From Dehalococcoidia bacterium (GTDB lineage Bacteria; Chloroflexota; Dehalococcoidia; Lucifugimonadales; CBDCYU01), in assembly GCA_965224345.1 (NCBI GenBank), contig CBDCYU010000003.1, positions 905,748 to 969,747 on the forward strand: a DNA stretch of 64,000 bases. The letters are read 5' to 3'. Under the pieces are notes generated by a model. It was not told the origin of the DNA. It ran no database searches and saw only the letters and a list, made by a program, of their open reading frames with translations. Shown here piece after piece: positions 27,132 to 35,362 of the stretch (position 1 is its first letter; the number at the start of each line of letters is the position of its first letter). The position numbers and the translations under genes were made by a program.

Positions 27132-28268
27132 ATGGCCACAGCAACGAAAGCCCCGGTCGTCGTCGTATTGCAGCTCTCGGGCGGCAACGACTATATGAAC
27201 ACCGTGATCCCGTACACCGACTCGATGTACTGGGACTACCGTCCTACCGTCAGGATTCCCGAGGAGGAGATCTTGACCCTGGACAATGCAATCGGCCTGC
27301 ATCCCCAGATGGCCCCCATCAAGGAGCTGTACGATAGGGGAGACGTGGCCATAGTTCACGGAGTCGGCTACGAGGACTCGCCCCGCTCCCACTTCAGGTC
27401 CATGGACATCTGGCACACCTGTGAGCCCGACGACCTTGGCACAGAGGGCTGGCTGGGTCGGGTGATCCGCGACGTCGACCCGCACAAGGAGAACGTCGTC
27501 ACCGGCGTCAGCTTCGGGCCCAGTATGTTCAGGGCGATGGCGCTGCCGGGTGTGCCCGTGGCAACGGTCGACGATCTGGACAACTACGGTCTGCTGACGG
27601 GGATCTCCGATCAGCGGCAGCGCGACAGAATACTGGACAGGTATAAGCGCCTCTACGGCCCGGCCATCGGCAGCGGCCGCGTCATGGAGTTCCTGGGCCA
27701 GACCGGACTGGACGCTCTCAAGGGCGCCGACATCCTCAGCGCAGCGCCGGAGAGGTATTCGTCGACCGTCGAGTATGCCGATACGACTATCGCGCGCAAG
27801 CTCAAGGGAATCGCCCAGATCCATATGGCCGACCTGGGCACCCGCGTCTTCTACTGCGATCACGGGAGCTTCGACAGCCACTCCAACCAGATGGACATGC
27901 ACGCGACGCTGTGGAAGGACGTGTCGGAGGCCGTGGCGGACTTCTTCGACGATCTCAGGCAGCACAACGCGGCGGACAACGTGATAATGCTCCTCTTCTC
28001 CGAGTTCGGCAGGCGCACTCACGACAACGGCTCCGGGACGGACCACGGCGCCGCCGGCGCCGCCTTCGTCATCGGCGACCCGATCAGGGGAGGCCAGTAC
28101 GGCGAGTACCCCTCAACGAGGCGGGAAGACCTCCAGCAGGGCGACCTGGTGCCCAACACCGACTTCCGGGGCCTCTACTCGACGATACTGGAGGAGTGGA
28201 TGGGCCTCGACGCAAAGCCCATCGTCGAGGGCGCCTTCGAAAAGCCGGCTTTCATAGGCAAAGCCTAA
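27132..28268 (+). CDS. DUF1501 domain protein (paralog), no Tat signal
   Basis: VVVLQLSGGNDYMNT, PRSHFRSMDIWHT, GSFDSHS, FSEFGRRTHDNGSGTDHGAAG. Confidence 0.9.
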   Translation: MATATKAPVVVVLQLSGGNDYMNTVIPYTDSMYWDYRPTVRIPEEEILTLDNAIGLHPQMAPIKELYDRGDVAIVHGVGYEDSPRSHFRSMDIWHTCEPDDLGTEGWLGRVIRDVDPHKENVVTGVSFGPSMFRAMALPGVPVATVDDLDNYGLLTGISDQRQRDRILDRYKRLYGPAIGSGRVMEFLGQTGLDALKGADILSAAPERYSSTVEYADTTIARKLKGIAQIHMADLGTRVFYCDHGSFDSHSNQMDMHATLWKDVSEAVADFFDDLRQHNAADNVIMLLFSEFGRRTHDNGSGTDHGAAGAAFVIGDPIRGGQYGEYPSTRREDLQQGDLVPNTDFRGLYSTILEEWMGLDAKPIVEGAFEKPAFIGKA

Positions 28269-28363
28269 GCGCCGATAGGGACCGGCCCCTAAGCCAAGAC
28301 TATTCTGATACCCCCAAAAAGTCACTCAACCAGACGGTGGTAGATGCCCCTATACGAAAGAAA

Positions 28364-29398
28364 ATGCTTACACAGACAGTAGCCGGCAGGACCTACGACT
28401 TCAGCCACGTTGTGGGAGGGCGGTACATAGGCCGTCCCGTGTCGCTGGCCGTGGCCAGCGAGGATACGGTCTATTCGCTGGACCGCCCCAGCGAGAACAT
28501 CGCCGACGTCCCCTGGAACAAGACCGCGTCGGGAGCCAAGGTCAGCGTCTGCAAGATCGGCTCCGCGTCCGGTGAAGAGGAGTTCAAGCTCCAATTCAGC
28601 CAGTACGGCGACGGCGACGGCGAAGTCATATGGCCCACCGGCATCGCCCTGGACAGCCAGGAGAACGTCTACGTCACCGACGAGTGGCTCAACCGGATAT
28701 CCATCTTCGACGAGGACGGCGTCTTCCAGACCTCTTGGGGCGTGGCCGGCGCGGGCGACGGGCAGCTGAACCGGCCCGCGGGGATCGCTGTGGACTCGGA
28801 CGACAACCTGTTCATCGTCGACAGCCTCAACCATCGGGTCCAGAGGTTCACTAGGGATGGGAGCTACCTCGGCCAGTGGGGCGCCCACGGGGACGGGGAG
28901 GGCGAGCTCGACTCACCCTGGGGCATCGACATCGATCGCGAGGGATTCGTCTACGTCGCCGACCACAAGAACCACAGGGCGCAGAAGTTCACGCCCGATG
29001 GGGGGTACGTGGCCCAGTTCGGAAGCTACGGCTCCGGTCCCGGCCAGCTGACCCGCCCATCCGACGTCGCGGTGGACCCCGACGGAGATGTCTACGTCTG
29101 CGACTGGCCCAACAACAGGGTCCAGATTTTCGGCGCGGAGGACGGCTTCTTTGCCACCCTTATCGGCGACGCCCAGCAGCTGTCCATGTGGCATCAGAAT
29201 ATCGTTGACGCCAATGCGGACGTGATCAAGGCGCGGCGCAGGGTCTACACGCTGGAGCCGGAGTGGCGGTTCGCTTTCCCGACCGCCGTCACCTTCGACG
29301 CGGCCAGGAGCAGGCTACTGGTGGCCGATACTCATCGGTCCCGCATCCAGATATACAACAAGCTCCAGGGCTACATGGAGCCCCAGTTCAACCTCTAG
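28364..29398 (+). CDS. NHL-repeat beta-propeller protein (paralog), no signal peptide
   Basis: ATG at 28364 (MLTQTVAG). NHL blocks GDGDGEVIWPTGIALD, GAGDGQLNRPAGIAVD, GDGEGELDSPWGIDID, GSGPGQLTRPSDVAVD, each followed by N.RVQ.F. Confidence 0.85.
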   Translation: MLTQTVAGRTYDFSHVVGGRYIGRPVSLAVASEDTVYSLDRPSENIADVPWNKTASGAKVSVCKIGSASGEEEFKLQFSQYGDGDGEVIWPTGIALDSQENVYVTDEWLNRISIFDEDGVFQTSWGVAGAGDGQLNRPAGIAVDSDDNLFIVDSLNHRVQRFTRDGSYLGQWGAHGDGEGELDSPWGIDIDREGFVYVADHKNHRAQKFTPDGGYVAQFGSYGSGPGQLTRPSDVAVDPDGDVYVCDWPNNRVQIFGAEDGFFATLIGDAQQLSMWHQNIVDANADVIKARRRVYTLEPEWRFAFPTAVTFDAARSRLLVADTHRSRIQIYNKLQGYMEPQFNL

Positions 29399-30729
29399 AT
29401 CATCCCATCCGCCCGCAGCAGCCTTAGGGCTCTCTCGAAGGAGTCCGCCGTGCGGTCGATGTCCTCCTCTCGATGGGCTGCGGAGACCAGCATTCCCACG
29501 CCGCCCATGGTGTCGACGCCCTCGGCGAGCATGGCCAGCTTGAGGGGCTGCGCGAGCCCGGCGTGATCGTCGTCCCCGCCGGTGGCGCGGGCAAGCTCCG
29601 AGTGGGGTAGGGTGCAGATTCCTCCGCCGCAGCCGCACTCGACGCCGAGGGCCACCTGGACGATCGAGGCGATTCCGTGGACGTGGCCCGGCACCTCGGC
29701 CCGGGCCAACGCCTCTCTCATCCCATCCTTGAGCCGGTCCGCCATGGCGTCGGCGGTCTCGTTCACCGGGTCGCCAGCTATCTGCTCCAGGGCCGCTATC
29801 CCGGCTGAGGCCGACAGCGGATTGCCGTTGTAGGTGCCGGGATGGGCGATGCGAACGGAGTCGTCGTCTGATACGAGCTGCTCCATGATCTCGGCCTTGC
29901 CGCAGACCGCGCCCCCGGGCAGCCCGCCGGCGACGACTTTAGCCATGGTCGTCAGATCGGGGAGCACCTGGAACCTTCCCTGGGCTCCCCCGCGTGACAC
30001 TCGGAACCCGGTGATCACCTCGTCCATAATCATGATGACGCCGTGCTTGGCCGTGAGGTCCCTGATGTCCTGTAGGAAGCCGGGGTTGGACAGGGGGAAC
30101 TGTCCGAAGTGGGCGCCCGTGGGCTCCAGGATCACCGCGGCGACGTCGTCGTTCTGGGAAAGGACCTCCTCTACGCGAGCGACGTCCGGCTCCAGGACGA
30201 TTACGGTCGACAGGGTCTCCTCCGGTATCCCGTTGCTGGTGTTCAGGCCCGAGTCCATAGCCACGTAGTCGTGCCAGCCATGGAAGTGCTCTCGGAACTT
30301 GATGATCTTGCTCTTCCCGGTCTTGGCGCGGGATAGGCGAATGGCGAGGAGCGTGGCCTCTGTCCCGGAGGCGGCGAACCTGACCTGCTCGGCGGAGGGT
30401 ATGAGCTGCCTCACGAGCTCGGCCCAGCGCAGCTCCAGCGGGTTGGCGGTGCCCATGTTGGTGCCGTTGTCCAGCTGGCGGGTGATAGCCTCCACCACCT
30501 TGGGGTTTCCGTGACCCAGGATGAGGGCGCCGTAGCCCATCATGTAATCGACGATCTCGTTGCCGTCGACGTCCCACTTGAGGGCACCCTCGGCGCGCTC
30601 AACGTAGACAGGGAATGGGTTCACGACCCTGGACTGGTGACCGCCTCCTCCGATGATTCGGCGGCCCTTCTCGTACAGCACACCGGACCCGGGGAACCTC
30701 TCACGGTAGCGTTCCAGGACTGTCTCCAT
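29395..30729 (-). CDS. Class III aminotransferase (glutamate-1-semialdehyde aminomutase-like)
   Basis: DVDGNEIVDYMMGYGALILGHGNP, FAASGTEATLLAIRLSRA, MIMDEVITGFR. Function beyond the family is unknown. Confidence 0.85.
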   Translation of the reverse strand: METVLERYRERFPGSGVLYEKGRRIIGGGGHQSRVVNPFPVYVERAEGALKWDVDGNEIVDYMMGYGALILGHGNPKVVEAITRQLDNGTNMGTANPLELRWAELVRQLIPSAEQVRFAASGTEATLLAIRLSRAKTGKSKIIKFREHFHGWHDYVAMDSGLNTSNGIPEETLSTVIVLEPDVARVEEVLSQNDDVAAVILEPTGAHFGQFPLSNPGFLQDIRDLTAKHGVIMIMDEVITGFRVSRGGAQGRFQVLPDLTTMAKVVAGGLPGGAVCGKAEIMEQLVSDDDSVRIAHPGTYNGNPLSASAGIAALEQIAGDPVNETADAMADRLKDGMREALARAEVPGHVHGIASIVQVALGVECGCGGGICTLPHSELARATGGDDDHAGLAQPLKLAMLAEGVDTMGGVGMLVSAAHREEDIDRTADSFERALRLLRADGMI

Positions 30730-30790
30730 CGATCAAGCCCCCTTTCCTGAATGTCAATATTGAGTACGCCCTCTCGAGCGTGAGAGAGGG

Positions 30791-31564
30791 TTAGGGTGAG
30801 AGCTGGGTGCCGCCGGGGCCCTTGCGCCAGAATTCCTCCAGCCGGTCTTGGGCCTCCCAGCCGAGTATGCGCTTGACCTTCTCGTTGTCGAACTTCTGGT
30901 GGGGCAGGTCCGGGAAGACGAGGAATATCTCGCACCTGGAGGGAAGCTCGGCGAGATCGATCTCCAGCGCGCGGGAGAAGGCTGTGGCCGCGTCCCGCCA
31001 GCTCACGGTGTACGGCGTGAAGTCCTTCCCCGACTCCGTTACGGGAGAGTTGGGAAGGTACCTGTAGTTGTCGGCGTCGATGAACATGTAGAAGAGCAGC
31101 GCCATCACGTGAATGTCGTAGCTCTCGGTGAATACGCGGCATATCTCCTGCCCCAGGGACTTGGTATGCGCGTACAGGTAGGTCCCCGGCTGCGGCGGGA
31201 CGTCGGGCCCTATGCGGTGGTCGTACCGCTCGTAGGTCCGTCCCGTGATGGTGTAGTGGGGCCCCGTATTGATGACGCGGCGGATATCGTGTTCGACGGC
31301 CGCCCGCATCATGTTGTAGCAGCCGCGCGCGCTCACGTCGAAGGCCAGCTTCCGGTCCGTCCGCAGTACCGACAGGTTGATGATGGCGTCCATCCCCTCG
31401 GCCGCCGCCACCACCTGGTCCAGGTCCGAGACATCGACCTTTAGGTACTCGTGCTCCGTCTCCAGATCGTTGATGTCGCTCAGCCTCAGCGTGTGCTTCC
31501 CCTGCAGCTCCTGGACCACGTGAGGACCGAGCATCCCGTTGGCGCCCAGTATCAGGACGTTCAT
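30791..31564 (-). CDS. NAD(P)-dependent epimerase/dehydratase-family protein
   Basis: MNVLILGANGMLGPHVV (GxxGxxG). Short-chain Rossmann length. YAHTK candidate YxxxK. Confidence 0.75.
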   Translation of the reverse strand: MNVLILGANGMLGPHVVQELQGKHTLRLSDINDLETEHEYLKVDVSDLDQVVAAAEGMDAIINLSVLRTDRKLAFDVSARGCYNMMRAAVEHDIRRVINTGPHYTITGRTYERYDHRIGPDVPPQPGTYLYAHTKSLGQEICRVFTESYDIHVMALLFYMFIDADNYRYLPNSPVTESGKDFTPYTVSWRDAATAFSRALEIDLAELPSRCEIFLVFPDLPHQKFDNEKVKRILGWEAQDRLEEFWRKGPGGTQLSP

Positions 31565-32271
31565 CGTGCTCCCCGGCCCCTCTGGCGTGGAGTGTATCCG
31601 AGGCTTGTGGAGGGGAACTCATCGGCGCTCCACCAGGGCTGGCCGCTCAGGAATCTCGCGTTGGACACATCCGATTGGATGTGGAAGATGTCCCAGCCGG
31701 TGGCCTCATACGTAAAGGCCTTTTCCACCGCATCGATGGCGTCGTCCAGGTACAGTGCCGAGGTAGACGGCGTCGAGCCCTCGTCGATGGAGACCTCACC
31801 GAGCCTGAGACACACGACCTCGATCTTGAACTCGCGGGCGAACTCTCTGCACACGTACTCTCCCATGTGATAACAGAGGACCGGCGCCTCAGGGCTGGGT
31901 ACGGGCCTCCACCTTTCCGTTACCGCCAGGCCCTCGTCGTACCCTTCCATCAGCCGGAGGGAGCTCAGGTAGACGAGCCGCGGCACACGCTCCTCCCAGG
32001 CGGCCCAGAGGAGGTTGTACGTACAGCGCATGTGGAAGTCCAGCTGCTCCGACTCGCTGGCTGCCGGGTCGGCCTCCCCGGAGTGAACGATGACGTCCAT
32101 GCCTCTCACCAGATCGTTGGTTGCCCCGTCGTGGCTCAGGCTGGACAGGACGAACTCGTTGGCCGTCTGGACCTCTTCGGTGTCTGTCAGACGCACCTGA
32201 TGATTGGTGCCCAAGGCGGACGCGAGCCGCCCGATCAGCGGTCTCGACGCCGAGGTCATCAGAACTCTCAT
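31561..32271 (-). CDS. Epimerase/dehydratase-like protein with degenerate nucleotide-binding motif
   Basis: MRVLMTSASRPLIGRL replaces GxxGxxG. Same fold-like layout (VIVHSGE, LVYLSSL). 4-nt ATGA overlap with the downstream gene. Confidence 0.6.
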   Translation of the reverse strand: MRVLMTSASRPLIGRLASALGTNHQVRLTDTEEVQTANEFVLSSLSHDGATNDLVRGMDVIVHSGEADPAASESEQLDFHMRCTYNLLWAAWEERVPRLVYLSSLRLMEGYDEGLAVTERWRPVPSPEAPVLCYHMGEYVCREFAREFKIEVVCLRLGEVSIDEGSTPSTSALYLDDAIDAVEKAFTYEATGWDIFHIQSDVSNARFLSGQPWWSADEFPSTSLGYTPRQRGRGAR

Positions 32272-32324
32272 GACATCGAACCTCTATCGCTGAGAGCGGA
32301 TCTCCGGCCTAGGGCGTGTTCACA

Positions 32325-32705
32325 CTAACGTAGCGCATCGAAGATGAGGGCAAACAGGATGAACCCGAGGAAGAGCGTGTCGAGCTTCTCAAAGCGAGAG
32401 AAGATGCGGCGAAACCCCTTCAACCGGCGGAACAACCGCTCGATTTCGTTCCGCCTCTTGTACATCTCCCGATCGTACTCCCAAGGGTCAACTCGGGTGC
32501 TCAGGGGCGGAACAACCGGCGTGAACCCCAGCGCCAACGCCAGTTGGCGGGTCTCATTTCCCTCGTATGCCCGGTCCATTATCAGGAACGGCTTCCGGTT
32601 CTGTGACCCGAGGCGTGTCAACAACTTCCGCCCCTCTGGCGCGTCGTGGGCCTGTCCTGGAGAGAGGGAGAACGTTACGGCTGTTCTAGCATCCGCGGCA
32701 ACCAT
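32325..32705 (-). CDS. IS5-family transposase orfB (DDE domain), expressed as an orfAB fusion by -1 frameshift
   Basis: A -1 shift after ALKK reads NGPQAIGKSRGGWTTKIHMVAADARTAV..., then MDRAYEGNETR and NEIERLFRRLKGFRRIFSRFEK, which are classic IS5-family blocks. Confidence 0.85.
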   Translation of the reverse strand: MVAADARTAVTFSLSPGQAHDAPEGRKLLTRLGSQNRKPFLIMDRAYEGNETRQLALALGFTPVVPPLSTRVDPWEYDREMYKRRNEIERLFRRLKGFRRIFSRFEKLDTLFLGFILFALIFDALR

Positions 32706-33081
32706 ATGAATCTTGGTGGTCCAACCGCCACGGGACTTGCCGATGGCCTGGGGTCCGTTTTTTTAACGCACCCGTACCATCGGGATGGACCTTGACGATG
32801 GTGCTGTCCATCGAAACCGCCTCGAGCTTGATTCGCACTATCTGCTCCCGTTGCAGATATTCGAATACCCGGTCTAGCACCCCATTCTTTGACCAACGGT
32901 TCATCCGCATGTATACAGTGTGCCAGTTGCCAAATCGAGGCGGCAACCCCCGCCACTTGCAGCCCTGCTCGGCGACATACAAGATGGCGTTGAGAACTTG
33001 CAGGTTCGGCAACTTGACGTTGCCACGTTGAACGGGAAGGATTGGTGCAATAAGTTGGTACTGAGCTTCTGTGATTTCCAT
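32686..33081 (-). CDS. IS5-family transposase orfA (DUF4096-type N-terminal domain)
   Basis: LNAILYVAEQGCKWRGLPPRFGNWHTVYMRMNRWSKNGV. A7 run at 32758-32764 on the minus strand (TTAAAAAAACGG). Confidence 0.85.
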   Translation of the reverse strand: MEITEAQYQLIAPILPVQRGNVKLPNLQVLNAILYVAEQGCKWRGLPPRFGNWHTVYMRMNRWSKNGVLDRVFEYLQREQIVRIKLEAVSMDSTIVKVHPDGTGALKKRTPGHRQVPWRLDHQDSYGCRGC

Positions 33082-33124
33082 TCCCGGATTGTAACATGAT
33101 CTGGTTAATTAGTGTGAACAGGCC

Positions 33125-34084
33125 CTAGCCCATAGCATCGACGGCGTCCATGAGGGCCCTCATATATCCCAGGGAGTAGGCGCGGCTCCGGTACCCGTAC
33201 CCCGGGTCCTGGACCACCATGGGGGAGTGGTCGTCGATCATTGGGCCGTCGAAGCCGATCTCCTTGTAGAGCTTCATCGCCTCCAGCATATCGACGTGCC
33301 CCTCGTCGATGAAGGTCTCGTCAAAGGTGGGAACGGGTCCCGACACGTTGCGGAAGTGAACGTAGAAGATCTTGTCCCTGCTGCCGAAGTAGCGGATGGC
33401 GTCGAGGACGTCCTCGGGCATCTCCGAGACTGTGCCCTGGCAGAACTCTAGGCCGTTGTAGTCGCTGGGCACGATCTCCGTCAGACGCTTCAACGACTCG
33501 TGGCTGCGGAAGATTCTGGCCACCCCCGCTATGGGAGAGATGGGAGGGTCGTCGGGGTGGAGGCACATCTTGACCCCAGCCTGCTCGGCTACCGGCATGA
33601 CGGCCTTGAGGAAGTAGGTGTAGTTGTCCCACATCTGGTCGTCGCTGATCTCTCCCAGCTCCGTCAGCGGCGCGTCCTTGACCAGATCGTAGTCGAAGCT
33701 GGTTACCCTGGCCTGCCCCCTCCCGGGAGTGGTGTTGGAGGTCCTCCAGACGCTGAGGACCATGAAGTGGTAGCCGAGGACCGGGATGCCTGCCCTGCCC
33801 ATGTTGGTCAGCGATCTGCACCAGTTCTCGATCTGCTCGTCTCTGCCGGGCAGACCGGCCAGGATCTTGTCGCAGTACTCCGGAGGGATGTTCTCTATGG
33901 CGAAGAGCTTGAGCCCCGCATCCTCTATCCGCGTCCGCATGTGCAGCAGGTCGAGGTAGTCGTAGTAGCCCTTCTCCGAGGGCACCGCCTGCTCGGCGAC
34001 CACAACGTCCGTGGCCCCAACCTGCGCTCCGAAGGCTAGGATCTCGTCGGTCACTTCCGAAACGGAGCCCAGTCCCAATCTCAT
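33125..34084 (-). CDS. uxuA: Mannonate dehydratase (UxuA)-family protein, short form
   Basis: MCLHPDDPP signature, GIPVLGYHFM, YVHFRNV. TIM-barrel length 319 aa. Substrate not provable. Confidence 0.7.
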   Translation of the reverse strand: MRLGLGSVSEVTDEILAFGAQVGATDVVVAEQAVPSEKGYYDYLDLLHMRTRIEDAGLKLFAIENIPPEYCDKILAGLPGRDEQIENWCRSLTNMGRAGIPVLGYHFMVLSVWRTSNTTPGRGQARVTSFDYDLVKDAPLTELGEISDDQMWDNYTYFLKAVMPVAEQAGVKMCLHPDDPPISPIAGVARIFRSHESLKRLTEIVPSDYNGLEFCQGTVSEMPEDVLDAIRYFGSRDKIFYVHFRNVSGPVPTFDETFIDEGHVDMLEAMKLYKEIGFDGPMIDDHSPMVVQDPGYGYRSRAYSLGYMRALMDAVDAMG

Positions 34085-34220
34085 GGCAGACCTCGCGTGT
34101 TAAGGGTGATCGCCGGTAGTGTAAGGAGGCCCCTAGCCGTGTGTCAACACACGTCCCGGCCTCAACCCATCCCCATCGCAAAAACGCGGTTGTATGGCCT
34201 AGGTCATCGACTATATGGAT

Positions 34221-35360
34221 TCAGCGGGTCGAGTAGGGGTCCGCCGCATCTCGCAGACCGTCGCCCATGAAGTTGAAGCCCAGGATAGCGATGATAACGA
34301 CGAGGGCAGGCAGGAGCAGCCAGGGGGCCGACGCCACCGACTGGAGGTTCTGGGCCTCCTTCAGCAGCACTCCCCAGCTCATGACCGGAGGCCGGAGGCC
34401 CAGTCCCAGGAAGCTGAGGGACGTCTCCGCGATGATGATCGCGGGTATCGCCAGCGTCGTGGTCGCGATGATGTGGCTCATGAAGGAGGGAAGCATGTGG
34501 CGGAAGATGATCCGCAGCCTAGATGTTCCGTAGAGGCGCGCCGCGGTCACGAAGTCCTCCTCTCGCATGGCGAGGAACCGACCGCGCACCTGCCGCGCCA
34601 GCCCGGTCCAACCGATGAAGGAGATGATGATGGTAATGGCGAAGTAGACCCTGATCACAGACCAGTCCTGAGGGACCGCCGCCCCCAGCGCCAGCCACAG
34701 CGGAATCGTCGGCATGGAACGGACGAACTCGATGAGACGCTGGATCAAGACGTCTATCCAGCCTCCCGCATAACCTGATATTCCTCCCAGTAGAACGCCC
34801 AGAACCAAGCTTATCAGGACACCCAACAAGCCGATGGACATGGATATCCTCGTGCCATACATGATCCTCGACCACATATCCCTCCCCATGCGGTCGGTGC
34901 CCAGGGGATAGAAGGTAGCGTGTCTCCCCTCGTAGTCGACCCCCATCAGGTGGCGGTCGGTCTTCCATAGAAGACCAAAGAGCTTGTACTCGTGCCCCCG
35001 GGTGAACCACTTGATGTAATGCTTCTGGCTCGTGTCCTCCTCGAACTCCATGATGGCGGTCTCGGGGTTCCGTTCCGCGTTGATCATGTAGACGTAGGGA
35101 CGGGGCGCCCAGCCGTCGAAGAAGTGCACCCTCTGCGGCTTGACGAAGGTGCGCTTGGAGTCCGTCTCGACCGGATCGTGAATGGCGAGGAACTCTGAGA
35201 AGAGTGCGATGAAGTAGAAAAAGCCTATGAGCGCGGTCGCCGCCACCGCCAGCTTGTGTCTTCGAAAGCGCCACCACATCAGCTTCCATTGGGAAGCGAT
35301 GAACATGCGCTCTTCTTCGGAGACGGTGTTGAGGGGTACAGCTTCCGGTCTGGTTGCCAT
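34221..35360 (-). CDS. Peptide-type ABC transporter permease (DppC/OppC-like)
   Basis: QWKLMWWRFRRHK, LGTDRMGRDMWSRIMYGTRISM. ATG at 35360 is 2 nt after the upstream stop. The extension to 35399 is a frame shadow of the conserved WIDPRIR end of the upstream gene. Confidence 0.9.
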   Translation of the reverse strand: MATRPEAVPLNTVSEEERMFIASQWKLMWWRFRRHKLAVAATALIGFFYFIALFSEFLAIHDPVETDSKRTFVKPQRVHFFDGWAPRPYVYMINAERNPETAIMEFEEDTSQKHYIKWFTRGHEYKLFGLLWKTDRHLMGVDYEGRHATFYPLGTDRMGRDMWSRIMYGTRISMSIGLLGVLISLVLGVLLGGISGYAGGWIDVLIQRLIEFVRSMPTIPLWLALGAAVPQDWSVIRVYFAITIIISFIGWTGLARQVRGRFLAMREEDFVTAARLYGTSRLRIIFRHMLPSFMSHIIATTTLAIPAIIIAETSLSFLGLGLRPPVMSWGVLLKEAQNLQSVASAPWLLLPALVVIIAILGFNFMGDGLRDAADPYSTR

Positions 35361-35362
35361 AT

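Larger units (their letters stand above)
32313..33124 (-). mobile_element. IS5-family (IS427-group-like) insertion sequence, 812 bp, with 4-bp CTAG target duplication
   Basis: 16-bp terminal inverted repeats GGCGTGTTCACACTAA (32313-32328) and GGCCTGTTCACACTAA (reverse complement of 33109-33124), 15/16 match. CTAG at 32309-32312 and 33125-33128. Two-ORF transposase with an A7 slippery run. Confidence 0.85.

Noticed and set aside
27911-28363. N-terminal 151-codon extension of the NHL ORF overlapping the DUF1501 gene
   Set aside because: The extension is Arg/Gly-rich noise in another frame of a well-supported gene. The NHL protein starts plausibly at ATG 28364, after the DUF1501 stop.
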